A stretch of 64,000 nucleotides of DNA, taken from assembly GCF_006345805.1 (NCBI RefSeq), contig NC_043004.1, positions 23,870,001 through 23,934,000 on the forward strand, written 5' to 3'. Both the position numbers and the translations under genes were made by a program. The notes beneath the pieces are model-generated. The model was not told the DNA's origin, searched no databases, and saw nothing but the letters and a program-made list of their open reading frames with translations. Position 1 is the first letter of the stretch, and the number at the start of each line of letters is the position of its first letter. Shown piece after piece: positions 13,434-26,884 of this stretch. The DNA is from Octopus sinensis. Taxonomy: Eukaryota.

Positions 13434-14224
13434 TATGTGAGAGAGAGATAGAGAGAGAGAGTGAGATAATGGATACATGCATGTATGTATAGCGTAATGG
13501 CCAGAGTAACTCATTAACTCATTACACTTTAGGTTCATTTAGAATAAATATGTAAAGAACGAATCGGCAAAAAATTATATCTGCCTTTATTAGTTTCTGG
13601 ATGAGATAATTGATATGGTTTCTTTATTAAATAACGCGTTCATTATTTAATAATGCTTTCTTTAATTAATATAACACTAGTCTTTATTCATTCACATTGT
13701 TTATATTTCCTAATTAACGACAGTTCTAGAAACAAATCGAATAATAATTTGCAGATGTGTATAGAATTTTCAAAAGTTTGAAGTCAACTAATTTGCTAAA
13801 TGTACGTCATGGAAATTCTATCGTAAATTTGTAAATGGCAAGTATTAACAAGTCAGTGGTAGTGCTAATACTTTCTAGCTGAATTGGCGGAAGTGAGGTG
13901 TTATTTTGTATACGTCGTAGAATGTTAAGCTACATACTTGGTTTAATTTTTGTTCCCTATATTCTTATTTCGAATCGCAGTTGATACAACTAGGGGTCCC
14001 ACATTCCTGGTTGTTTTATTGGATCACCGTTGATTCCCTGAATTTATTATCCCACTTACAGCACTTGTTTTTCATCCCGCATGTATCCAAAAACCACCCG
14101 ACTTAACATGTACGCTTGTTGGTTTTGCCAACGAACCAACAGCGCAACAGGTTTTTTAGCCAGTTGCATGCACTTTAAAGGTTATGGGTAACGTAGTCCC
14201 AAACAGTATCTGTATATATTGGCT

Positions 14225-14425
14225 CCAAACTTTGGCACAAGGCCAGCAATTTCGGGAGACGGGGCAGGTCGATTACATTGTGTGATCAATTGGTACTTAT
14301 TTTATCGGCCTTGAAAGGATGAAAGGCAAAATCGACCTCGGTAGAATTTGAACTCAGAATATAAATACGGACGAAATACCGCTAAGCATTTTGCCCGGCG
14401 TTCTAACGATTCTGCCAAGTGCCAC
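14225..14425 (-). mobile_element. SINE family B, near full length, with the 'GGCCTTGTGCC' tail type
   Basis: Plus strand runs GGCACAAGGCCAGCAATTTCGGG...GGATGAAAGGCAAAATCGACCTCGGTAGAATTTGAACTCAG...CTAACGATTCTGCCAAG. Confidence 0.85.
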
Positions 14426-14554
14426 CGTGTGTCTGTATATATTATACCTTAAAAAAATTACTGCGTTGAATATATGGCACAATGTGAAATATATGGGGTA
14501 GCATGAAATTAAAAAGGCTCTATGAAATATGTGATGCGATAGGAACAACATTAT

Positions 14555-15115
14555 TCAAAAGAAGATTTGCGTTTCCTAGCTCGGGGCTGAGAAAACTCAT
14601 AAGGAGAATACAGGAGGCGGTCGATAAAGCCAGTTTCTATATATGACTGAAGCGGGAAGACCAAAAATGGCTTGAAAGTCATAACATGCTGGTAGGAAAA
14701 TAACATCACTAGGTGAGACAGGTTGGCACTGAAGTAGCTTCGTTGGCGGTCTCATTTAGAGAATGCGTGGGCTAAGACTACGCGCCCTCCATTGGTCAGT
14801 TAAAGTTGAGACAGTCGTCCCGTGACAACTTGCTGAGGCTGCCTGCTGGAGCTTGGCAGCAGGTATTTAAAGGGGAATTTGACAAGACATTCAGTCGCCT
14901 GCTGACACTCGTTGACGCTACATCGAAGAGGCCAGGGAACAGAGGAAAGAAGGAGGAAGAAGGCATACACTCAACACCAGAGTTGAAGACACCTCCCAAA
15001 GGCGAGGCGGGAGCGCCACGTCAAAACGGTAGACGATTTGGGTCCGAAACTGGACGTGGTTCCTCCTGATGATGTCTTGAGCTAACTGGATCCTATAAAG
15101 GAGGAGTTGCGGTAG
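14555..15115 (+). mobile_element. Probable 3' end of an RLE-type (HERO-like) non-LTR retrotransposon
   Basis: Frame reads FPSSGLRKLIRRIQEAVDKASFYI*LKREDQKWLES, similar to the C-terminus of HERO-clade ORFs (from memory); followed by a GC-richer UTR-like stretch ending in CCGAAAC...CTGATGATGTC. Confidence 0.5.
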
Positions 15116-16087
15116 CAGACCATAAAACATGGCTGAAATTCCTTCCTGTATGTAATATATGCAATATATATGGAACAGAAAGAATATAGCGTAAAACATG
15201 AAATATATCGTGTGGTACCGATTATATATTAGATTGAGAAATATGTTTCATTATGAAATATATGATGCAGCAGGAAATGCATGTAACAATAGGAATATAC
15301 ACGAGATAGGAAGAATACTTTGTGTTGTACCACATATATACTGCAGCAGGCTCATGCAGGGTTTATACGGTTCACAAAAACTGGGCCTCGTCCTGATACT
15401 AATAGGAATTTAAACAAATACTTGATTAAAGTGATTTTTCTGGATTCATTAATTATAGTTCACACTTTTATCATATAGAATTATGTCGTAATTCTGAATA
15501 TTCTCACACATTATTTATTTGTTGGGTACTTATGTGTCACCATGCATAAACATAAATGAATTACTGTGTGTCACATCTGGGGCATACATAGGTCGTAGAG
15601 GCTCACTCACACATACATACGCATTCATTCACGAACACATGTGCTCATGTTTTCTGAGAAAGTGTGGATGCATATATATGTTACCTGAGTAAGTAAAGGA
15701 ATATATCTTTGTATACATTTTGCACATTATACACACACATTTTGTGTGTAAACATGAGCGTGTATGTGTGTGTCTATAGGTACGAAAGTGTCTGTGCATT
15801 CTTGTGTGCGATATGTGTATATAGCATTACATATAATATTTTATGCTTTTCATATGCATGTTTGGGTGTATAATTCATATGCAAGTGTTTCATTAACAAC
15901 CTAATTATTGTAGATTTCGTCATAAAATAGTCCATAATTAGAATTAGAAGATAATTAGAAAGACTAAAAGAAAAAACAACGCATTAAAATATTATATGAA
16001 AATAAGCTCATTAAACGCATAAAAAATTACATGGAAGCAGGAAAATCTGTAAATCTAAATATGAATTAGAGGGACAACTAATTATAG

Positions 16088-16178
16088 GTTTCGAATTTTG
16101 ACACAAGGCCAGCAACTTCGGCGAGTGAGTGAGCCGATTACATCGCTCCTAGTGATCAACTAGTACCTATTTTATCGA
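16088..16178 (-). mobile_element. SINE family B tail fragment
   Basis: GACACAAGGCCAGCAACTTCGG...CCGATTACATCG...AGTACCTATTTTATCGA matches the reverse tail of 14225-14425. Confidence 0.65.
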
Positions 16179-16194
16179 TGTTATTATACATCAG

Positions 16195-16470
16195 CAGAAC
16201 AGCTTACCTCTATGATGGAATACATTTTGTGTCAGCCCTAAACGGTAATATCTGGCTTGTTATGTTTACACTTGACAGATGTTTTGATGGGAATGTCCCA
16301 CCAGTATTCTTTGTGTTGATGTTGGTCAATGTATTCAATATTTATACCAAGTTACTTTTATTTCCGAATGGATTTGTATTACGGTTTTGTGATATCAACA
16401 TCTTACATAGGGAGCAGTTTCATGAGTTTGTATGCGTGAATGTATAAGCTACTGTATATGGTGAATGTAT
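16195..16470 (-). mobile_element. Decayed restriction-like-endonuclease LINE fragment (R4/NeSL type)
   Basis: Minus frame gives EYWWDIPIKTSVKCKHNKPDITV*G*HKMYSIIEVSC, matching the WD.PI.T......N.PD...D......II(D/E)V motif of the PD..D endonuclease domain. Confidence 0.6.
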
Positions 16471-17164
16471 TGTTTCAACTCTTATCTTTATATATAAATG
16501 TCTCGGTAAATCCCTCTACACTATATAGTCCTTGAACCAATAAGTGAGTATGTACATGGTCACTGACTCTGTTAGAGATTGCAGCCAGTCTTCTCTCATA
16601 TCATGTGCTAACGGCTTAAACATTGAAGAGCATATGAGATAATGTAGACAAACATGAACTATGTCTATAAAATGTAAAATGATACCATAAATAATATTTG
16701 ATCGAAGCTGGTTACAGGCTATTGCAATAACAAAAATACAACATAAGATCATACTTCAACACATTTCTCATCAAGAGCAAAATGATCAAAGACTTAGTTA
16801 AATAGTGGAAGCTAACTCTCTTGTAATGTGATTCAGTCTCAAGTATGTTTCGAATGAGAATCTATTTCACGTAAAAACGACAAGAAATTGAAGCATGATT
16901 TTCTACACTTTCTATAATTATTTTGCAATTATATTGGATTTCACTATCGCATTTGTTTTTTAACTCTCAGTGGTAAACTCCGAAATGAAAGAGCGTCTAG
17001 GTGGTCATTCCGCATGTATGTATGTGCCTGAATGTGTATCTGTTAATATGTAATTCAATGAATGTATCAATATGATTATGTGTACATATATATATAGACA
17101 TGCATACACATATATATTAAATATATATATCTACATATAATTTATATCATTACATAGACACACA

Positions 17165-17165
<1 letters not shown>

Positions 17166-17263
<98 letters not shown>

Positions 17264-17264
17264 T

Positions 17265-17338
<74 letters not shown>

Positions 17339-17365
17339 TGTGTCTGTATGTATGTATGTATATAC
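17166..17365. repeat. Compound microsatellite (TCTA)n-(TC)n-(TA)n-(TG)n
   Basis: Read directly from the sequence. Confidence 0.95.
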
Positions 17366-17379
17366 GTCCATCTTACAGA

Positions 17380-17530
17380 CACAGGCGTGGCTGTGTAGTT
17401 AGACGTTTGCTTCCTAACCACATGGTTCTGAGTTCAATCCCACAAGATGGCACTTTAGGAAAGGCCTTCTACTATTATCCCGGGCCGACAAAAGGTGTGT
17501 GAGTGGATTTGCTAGACATAAAATTGAAAG
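17380..17530 (+). mobile_element. SINE family A, 5' half
   Basis: GGCGTGGCTGTGTAGTTAG...CCACATGGTTCTGAGTTCAATCCCAC...GAGTGGATTTGCTAGAC. Confidence 0.75.
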
Positions 17531-17619
17531 AGTGTCATTATATATATATATACATGCATATATAGGGAAAGAGAGGAGGAGAATTTCGATGATCCCCACG
17601 TGGGGAGATGTAAAGCAAT

Positions 17620-17651
<32 letters not shown>

Positions 17652-17819
17652 ATATATACATACTCAAGACGTACCTATACATGTTATATTCAAATGTAAT
17701 ATGTGATGAAATATAAAGATGTGCACATACACAGCCATATATATATATGTATACATATATAAGTATACATACATACACACGCACACACATAAACACACAC
17801 ACATATATATATACATACG

Positions 17820-18050
17820 TATATGTATGTATACATACACATATACATACATACATATATACATGCATGCATGCATGCATGCATACATACATACATACAT
17901 ACATACATACATACATACATACATACATACGTACACACATACATACATACATACATACATGCATGCATACATACATACATACATACATACATACATGCAT
18001 GCATACATACATACATACATACATGCATACATACATACATACATACATAA

Positions 18051-18089
<39 letters not shown>

Positions 18090-18110
18090 CATACATACAT
18101 ACACATATAT
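17820..18110. repeat. Long interrupted (TACA)n array with CATG variants
   Basis: Read directly; it generates the spurious MYVC/HTYI ORFs. Confidence 0.95.
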
Positions 18111-18462
18111 ATGCTGCTGAATCCAGCTTCGTGATCTGGCACACGGCTAAGGTTGAATGGGTCTCAATTCCAAGCACGGTAATTGTTGGTTAATGGCAAC
18201 AGTGAAGGAACGTAGTCATTATGTTTGCTGCAATCCCATTTTTAGCATGCAATCTAATGCAGTTTAATGCAGTATAATGCACATCTATGACACAGAAACA
18301 CAGCTAACTGGCCGCGAAAGAAAAAAAAAACATGCATTAAAACTTCCAACACGATGTTTTCTCACGGACTTTCATTATACATTTCAATATCTCTCTTCAC
18401 GACGGCAACGATTCTTATAGCCACAGCTAAAAGTAGTGTTTCCGACAGCAACTTAACAGTTC

Positions 18463-18706
18463 TCTTCTTCTTCTTCTTCTACTTCTTCTTCTTCTCCTCC
18501 TCCTCCTCCTCCTCCTCCTCCTCCATCTTCTTTCTCTCCTCCTCTTCCACTTCGTCATCATTCTCCTCCACCTAGTCCTACTTCTACTACTCCACCCTCT
18601 TGTTTTTTTCCATCCATTTCTTTTTTCTTTTTTCTTCTTTTATCTTCTTTCCTTTTCGCCTCTTCTTCTTTTTCTTTTTGTTCCTCCACTACTACTACTA
18701 CTACTA

Positions 18707-18749
<43 letters not shown>

Positions 18750-18850
18750 GCTACTACTGATGCTGCAACTACTACTACTGCTGCTGCTGTTGCCGCCGCT
18801 GCTGTATCTGCTCTTGTTGTTGATGCTTCTAATGCTGCTGGTTCTGCTGC
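18463..18850. repeat. Trinucleotide low-complexity block (CTT)n/(CCT)n, then (CTA)n/(CTG)n
   Basis: Read directly from the sequence. Confidence 0.9.
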
Positions 18851-19075
18851 TACAGTCTATTACTCTTTCTCAGATTGCAATTGGTCCATCTTCCGCTGAG
18901 AGCTATTTTCCTATATACATACATGCATACATACATAGAGACATACATACATACATACAGATATACAAGCATACATACAGACTGACAGACAGAGAAACAG
19001 AGAAAAGGCAGGCAGATAAAGAGATACATAAACAGATAGGTAGAATGAGAAAGCGAAAGAAAGGAAGATTGGTAC

Positions 19076-19109
<34 letters not shown>

Positions 19110-20234
19110 GATATATATGTGTATGTGCATGTGTGTGTGTGTAGCTCCCTGAGTGTGGATATTTGCCTGATGTTATTGCAAAGATAACGTGGTTGTCAAA
19201 AGCGAATTCAGAAGTGAATTATCGTTGCGGCTGATTAGAAGAGAATTTCCAAGTAAATGACCAAATACTTAGTAATCTGGAATTATCTTAACAAATGAAA
19301 TGAATGATTCGCTAATTCGCATGTCTATTTTATTGTTCTATACCAAAATATGGGTCTGTGTGGAAAGATGGACAATACATGTTGAAATATTCCTGATGTG
19401 TTTTTAAATCAGTTATTTTTATTTATATATTTGTCTTTAGGTTTATTTGAACATTATTTATTACTTTTGTAAATAAATGTTGTTGTTCTTTTATAATAGA
19501 ATAAGCAGCAACCATTACGGGTGTCTCCATTAGTCAGTGTCAAACGGATTTAGCGGAATTCTGATTTAAGCACCCCATATAGACAACATGCTTTTGTTAG
19601 TTCTTGGAATTTTCAGAAACTTTTAGCGAATTTATGTTCTACACATAGAATCCACACGATTAAAAAACATATGTATACATGTATATATATACATGTGTGT
19701 GTGTACGCCTACACGCACACTGGGTGTATGCGACATTCAGGTGAATGTCACATATACGCCGTCCTACTAAATTGGCCCTGAGAAGGCCCCATTTAACAAG
19801 ACGGTGAAATACAATAAGTTCCCAAGTAAAAAGCACAAAAATACTAGCCTTTACTTCATGTTATTCTTATTTATTCTTGTGCTTCTATATATCCGAATGG
19901 AAGAACGTTATAGATCATCAAAATGTTTCCAATCCTAACCATCGCGTATTTTGTTTCACTCAATCTAACCTGGAGCATTCCGTTACCGTTGTAGTTGTTT
20001 AACCCCTGGCCAACTCTGATCGAGTAAATCTATGATTCATCAAATTTTTGATGGAAAACATAACAGCTTTGACAATCCCATCTTCTTTCCTTCTGTAAGT
20101 AATTAAACTACATTCTTGCGCGTCTCTTTCTAAAATGGGGGGATCTGATAGATATTTAACTGATATTTCTAGCAGGTCGATTGACCTCAGAGAGATTTCC
20201 TCGTTGGATCAGGATTTAGGGAAGATAGAATTAA

Positions 20235-20440
20235 AGCCGTAGACTGGCTGAGTCATTAGAGCGTCAGACAAAATGACGTGCAGAGATTTTTCTGGTTCTT
20301 TATTTTTTGAGTTCAAATGGTGCCGAGAAAAAACTTTGCATTTGATCTTTCAGGGTTTGAGAAAATAAAGTACCACACAATTACTATGGGAATTAATTAC
20401 ATAACACTCCTAAAAAGTCACAGAAATTGTGCCATTATGA
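20235..20440 (+). mobile_element. SINE family B, degenerate
   Basis: CTGGCTGAGTCATTAGAGCGTCAGACAAAATG...TGAGTTCAAATGGTGCCGAG...AAAATAAAGTACC. Confidence 0.55.
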
Positions 20441-20562
20441 AAAAACAATTGCAAAGTCAGTAATACACCTTCTGGTGAATTAAGGGAAATAAATGTATTT
20501 TGCCTTGTGGTTCACATTGCTTTGAGATAAAATGACTGTTGAAAAAAATAAATATGACAAAC

Positions 20563-20752
20563 CTCTTCTTCCCCATATGTAAAATTGCTGCCGTTCATCT
20601 GCGCTCTTTCCTTTACCTTCCGAGAGAACATCTTATAGGCAGCGCTGTCCGGTTTTCTTAAAGTTACGGTCATCAAAGCTTCGAATGCTTTCTTTGCAAT
20701 ATCGTTGTCTGTAGCATTTTCACGGTACCATGGTTTCTCCGATGCCGCCTTG
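20563..20752 (-). CDS. Internal coding exon (190 bp) of a natriuretic-peptide receptor / receptor guanylyl cyclase family gene, extracellular ANF-receptor domain
   Basis: Translation KAASEKPWYRENATDNDIAKKAFEALMTVTLRKPDSAAYKMFSRKVKERAQMNGSNFTYGEEE matches the PW......A..AF.A...IT...P....Y..F...VK..A...F.....EE segment of NPR-type receptors. It has a good acceptor (TTTTTATTGCATTTACAG) and a GT donor (GAG|GTTTGT); phase 2 in, phase 0 out. The exact orthologue cannot be assigned from one exon. Confidence 0.88.
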
Positions 20753-21209
20753 CTGTAAATGCAATAAAAACGATAAATATAAGTATGTGTATGCACGTGT
20801 TTGTGTATGCTTGTGCGCATCAGTGAGCACGTGTGTGTATTTGGAAGTGTGTGTATAGTTGTGAATGTGTGCTAATTTAAACGTTGTTATTTTAAAGTGC
20901 TTTGGAGAATAACAGAATATTTATTGAGTGCGGGCAATATTTATTATAAATATAATATAGAAACCGTCCTCGAATATCTATATTGAAGCACTCCCTAACC
21001 ATTTGTTTAAAAAGCATGTAATGAAGCATAAAGTTGTAGGCAAAGCGAAGTCTGTCACACTCATACAGAAACATATGTAAGTTAAACATTTGTCGTTCAT
21101 TCATCGAGTAGACAATAGCTCAAAAAATACTGAAGATTCGATACTACTCGACTAGTGATCGAGATAGAAAGATACATAGCTGATATACAGTTCCCACAAG
21201 TCTAGTACG

Positions 21210-21286
<77 letters not shown>

Positions 21287-24099
21287 ATGTATATGTATAT
21301 ATAAGCATATATATACACACACACATACACACTGGTTGAATCCGAGTGTAGGTAGTTAATTAGCTTCAGGCAATAAGCGGCTAGTATAGACAACAAAAAG
21401 AGGAGAGTGTACGATGAAATAGAAACTTATTAAGATCGTAATTTACACACATTTCCTATAACGAAGTTACGAGAAATTTCAATAAGCTGATTGTTTCAAT
21501 ACGACTAACAATTTACTACTAACGTTGCTAAAAATCCAAAATAGGTAGAATATAGACTATATATGATGTGTCTTAAGTTCATTATGTAACTCTTAAGCAA
21601 CAAACTCTACTCAGCTTAGCTAGTCATCAGACAGAATTTAACACCACGAAGTTTACATCCCTGCAAGAAGTATACAATGACTCACTAGCCCAGCCATCGA
21701 AAAAACAATCCTCTAAGAGAATAGAAAGTGAGGAATGAATGAAATAAACAAATTATTTACGTCTTTCCTCTAGACAATTGGATCCTTTGAAATATAATCG
21801 ATCATGTGGAGTAGCCTCGGTTATAATTCATGCTCTATAAAACACACACGCACGCACATAAACACAAACACACCTATATATATATGTAATAATCATTCCA
21901 GATAAAGGGTAAAGAATTAGTAATTCTGTAATGAGTATTTCACTCCCTGATGAAAAACTGCGGTTTTCTTTTTGCGGTACTATCTTGCGACGCACATGGT
22001 AATCTTGGAGGGAAATATGAATTCACTCATCTATATAAATTTGGATGTGCTGACTACCTTGTGTTATGTTTCGATGACGCTTGCTCGAAGATGCAAAGGG
22101 TAGGTTTTCTAGCATTTTCTAGCATTTTCAAATTTATAATTCTCAAAATATTATGTTCATAAAGGAAATGAATTTTTATAATTCTAATCCAGAAACGCGT
22201 CCATAATTAATCGAAGACTGTTTGATTTCGTTATTTTTTTCTTCTTTTTGCCTATGTGTGTTACAAACAAATAATGTTGTCTGTGGAGTCATATCTGTAG
22301 TGAAAGGAATTAGCTGTCTTTGGCTGCTATTTTCTAAATTTTCGGTATGTGGTGAAGCAGGATCTTGCTAAACCCTTAATTATATATATATATATACACA
22401 CTCAGTTATAAACACATACATATAAACATATGAATAATACACATGCTTGTTGTTCCTACACCTGTCTTCGTCAAAACACGAAGACATGTAGGAACATGTT
22501 GCCTTGGGTTAGAGGATGACTTAGAGACACCAGGCCTGTTTTGATTCCTGGTCAGATAGTATCTTCAATGTATGAAAGTATTAGCAGTCTATAGCTATAT
22601 CCTTTATACATTAAGTTGTGTATGGAGACCGCTAAGTAGGTAAAGTCTTACACGACCCGTAACTTGGGTGGAGTCATTAGCTCCATGGAAATGTCGAAAA
22701 TGTTGGGTGTATTTTTGCAGGCCCAGGATTTCCCATCAATTTATATCTAAATTTTTTGAATTTTTTTTTCCCTTTGGCTTTCTTCGGTGCAAATATGCTT
22801 TCTATTAGATTCCCAGTTCAAACCCAGCCTTTGGTTACTTCAGAGTCGTTGACTCTGGTAACGCCATTTTGGATGAAGTCCTGAACTGACAGTAAAACGT
22901 CCTTTCAATAGTTCCCAGACATCGCCCTAAATGAGGAAAGATGCAATGACATCATTCTTATGCACAACAACGAAATACAGTATAAAAGAAAGTCACAGTC
23001 ACCCAGTAACTTCAATAAACTTTTGCCTTGGACCCGTTTCAATTTTCAACTGAAGCTTATTAGCGGTATCAATTTTCTTGAAAGTAGCATAAACACCGTA
23101 AAGTCTAATTATGTATCCAATAAATCCTTGATCACGTACCAAATTAAGAAACTACTGAAGAAAATATTTTTCTTACGAAAGAAATAATGCTTTCCGAGGT
23201 GTAAAATATTGAGTTGAGGAAAGCTTAACCGAAGCAACATGATCTAAGATGTATAGCTAAATCGACATTAAAATACTTGTCACCTGATTCAAGTAGAATA
23301 CTAGATTATGGCACTGTGTTTATTTCTGTTTATTCCGATTTTAGAATTGATACCAATACTACAATTATACCGACTATCTATCTTCGAATCTCGAGAAAAT
23401 TTCAATAAATATCCTTCCTCAGGTCTGACGTATTTCGTCGTTATACTGTAGAATAGAAAGCGAATACACAATTATTCCAGAAAAAATTCAAGAAATATTC
23501 TTGTATCCTAAAATAAAGCAACAACCATCAGTGTAATTTTATTGTACCTGTCGCAAATGACATTTGCTTAAATGCTTCTTTAATGGTCTATATTAACCAT
23601 TCGGTTTCAGATACCTATCATTTAGATAAGATATATGAATTGTCTACGATTGTCTCTTTTCAAACTTACTACAAGTTATAACTATCTACTTCTAGGTAAA
23701 TTAGAGGAGATGTTTCAGATATCTGTTGTAAAGATGTTATATTAGCAGCCTAAACAATTATCGATGTTCTTCATTAAAATATTTTACGCGCACTTGTGAA
23801 ATTGTTAGCGGATTCTGGCGCTTTTACAAGATAACTACTTCAGAAATAACCTAAAGAGATTATTAACAGGGGAACAGTTGAGCTTTGCTTTTTCTCACAC
23901 CACACCGTGTGAATATTGTATCTTTTAGTAATTTAAGACTTTAGAATGCATAGCTGCTGTTCGGCGTGTTTAACCCTATACCGTTATATAAAACTAAAAT
24001 TGATCTGTTTTATTGAAATTTGGATCAATGCCTAACCAATGTGGAACTAAACGCTGTTAAATGTAACTCAACAGAGAAAAATAAGAATTTGTTGATATC

Positions 24100-24490
24100 A
24101 CAGAAACGTGGTAAAGAAACCTGCCACCCAACCATGTGATCTTGAGTTCAGTGCCACTGTGTGGTACTTTGGAAAAGTGTCTTCTACTATGTGAGGAAAT
24201 TTGGTAGATAGAAACTGTGGAAGTCAGTTCCGTATGCGTGTGCGTGCATTTGCGTGTGTGTGTGTGCGTGCGTGTGTGTGTGTGCGCAGGCGCATTTATG
24301 TTCGTGTTATGTTTGTTCTTCTTCACCACCTATCAACAACTGGTATTGCTTTCTTTACGTCACCGTAACTTAGCGGTTCGGCGTTAGAAACCCATAAAAT
24401 GTTACTAGGGTGTATTTGTTTGACTAAACCATTCAAGGCGGTGTCCCAGCATGGTCACAGTCCAATGACTGAAACAAGTAAAGAATAATC
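24100..24490 (+). mobile_element. SINE family A, degenerate full copy
   Basis: GTGGTAAAGAAAC...TTGAGTTCAGTGCCACTGTGTGG...GTAACTTAGCGGTTCGGC...AATGACTGAAACAAGTAAAG. Confidence 0.75.
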
Positions 24491-24961
24491 AATAAAAGAT
24501 TCTAATCCCCTGTGCTTACTGTTTTTCATAATGATTGTTTAAGCGGCCTCTCTGATATGTGTACCATGCTCTCTCTCTCTCTCTCTCTCTCTCTTCATTC
24601 CTCTAGAAATTATATCTACCTATGCTGTGTTGAGCACTCATTTCCATCGTTCGACATTTACGTATTTATATGAGTGTGTATGTATACTTCGCTTTCTCTT
24701 TCTGCCTGTCTACTATCCCCACCCTATCTCTATCATTATTCTGTCTACAGTCCCGTGGTATTTGTCCTCCTGTTGTTAATGATTTTTAAAAATTATTCCT
24801 AATATTATACAATTAATGAGTACAGTCAGAGAAAACTGTGAACAAATGTAATTGTTATTTGAATGATTAACGAAGTCTAAGACTAAATATCAGCGACAGT
24901 TCTGAGAGAATTTGTTAATACGCATAAGTGTGTATGTACACATGTATGTGTTTGCATGTGT

Positions 24962-25028
<67 letters not shown>

Positions 25029-26411
25029 CATACATATATATCTGTCCATGCATGGTTGTATGTATGTGAATATGTGTGTATATATGTTTGTGTATGCATG
25101 TGTATTTGTATATAGTGCTCTTCACTACTGTATGCACTTTGAGTTGTCTCTGATCATACTGTATTTTTAAATGAAAACTTGTTGTTTGCAAAATTACACC
25201 TATTTACATGTGGGTATTTGTTTATGCATAGATGCATATACAGGTATAAGCATATCTATAGATTCTATTATGAGAAAGAAACACATCCTCATACATACAT
25301 ACATACATACATACATACATACATACATACATACATACATACATACATGCATGCATACATACATACATACATACACACACACGTACGTACGTACCTATGT
25401 ATGTATGTATGTATGTATGTATGTATGTATGTATGTATGTATGTGTGTATGTATGTGTGTGTGTGTGTGTATAGTTGTAATAAGAGCGATGTATCTCAAC
25501 AACAAGAATTACTATCAAGGTGTTATAAGTGAAGTCATATATGTATTCTTATAGTGTGTACCGATCACCTCTAACACACTCAATTAGCTGCATTTTTTAA
25601 TATGTATGATTTATTATACTCCACCTAGCCTCGATTTCAATTGAAAACAGATGGGAAAACTTATGACTGCAAACAAAACCTTACAAATTGGAAATTGAAA
25701 GCATTGTGAACGGGTTTCACGGTTAATTTCGCAAAACCAGGCGCAATTTAACTCATAAGTAAAGTTAGATATATCTAAAAACGATCAATTTATCGATTAT
25801 GTACACGGGCATTAAGCTTTCAGATTTGTATAAACGCTGGAAAACGCGAAAATAAAGCGTATTCTTTAAGTATATGCTTTGGCATTAGCAATATGATTAA
25901 TGCGAAATGTCTAAATATAAGAATTGAAATCGTTTCACATTCAAGGTAACCAAAATATTAGTACTAATCTTGGAAACAGACTTTAAAATAGGACTTTCTT
26001 TATAATTATTGTGTATTTATAAATGGTTAATTGGTGCCGACTACGAAGCATGTAAGTGGTGACGCATCCTCTTCAAAACAGTAATGTATTTTCCTCAGAT
26101 CACAAGCCGTCAGTTTTTAAAATCATGGAAAGAGACATTTGAAACTGCAGTCCGAAATAAGGACGTTTAGGGACAGTGTCGACCGTAAGTATTTCATAAG
26201 TAAATTACACACGATATCATGAAGTCGCATGTATGCATCTATATGTATATACGTATGTATACATACATACATATATATACATATATATGTACATAAATAT
26301 ATATATAACATACATATATAAATACACACATATATATATACATATATATATATACACATGCATATATATGTATATATATATATATATAGACAGACAGACA
26401 CACACACACAC

Positions 26412-26449
<38 letters not shown>

Positions 26450-26884
26450 AAACTATTAAAAGTGAAACTAATTATAACTTACTCCGTCGAAAGTTTCACT
26501 TTTATTCTTCGAGTTTTGAGACGTAATACAGCACCAGTGCCAATGTTACATTGTTTCAATCCAAAAAAAAATCATATGTTGACACTCGGGGAGTCTCATA
26601 GTACTACCATATAAAATTTGATTTGATATGATTGAGCCGTTTGAGAATGCATTGGGAACAGACTGAGTTACAAAGAATTTTATATATAAGTAACAGTCAC
26701 TCAATTAATAAAGATATCATAATTCAGTTTCCACTGACATGTGACTACACTACATGTAGCAGAGAGTAGAAATAACTAAAGTGCATAATAGACCAGGATA
26801 TCTAATCACGTTACTAAGATATATTATAAACTCGTTGTCTACTAATATATTACAGTAGTAGGCTGCGAACCGGTAGTATCCTTA

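Noticed and set aside
15040-15075. GAAAC...CTGATGA order suggesting a type II hammerhead
   Set aside because: There is no room for a stem I hairpin between the cleavage triplet and the core; better explained as a LINE 3' UTR motif.
20892-21104. ORF containing CFNID close to the exon
   Set aside because: No splice donor follows the motif and the rest has no similarity to the family.
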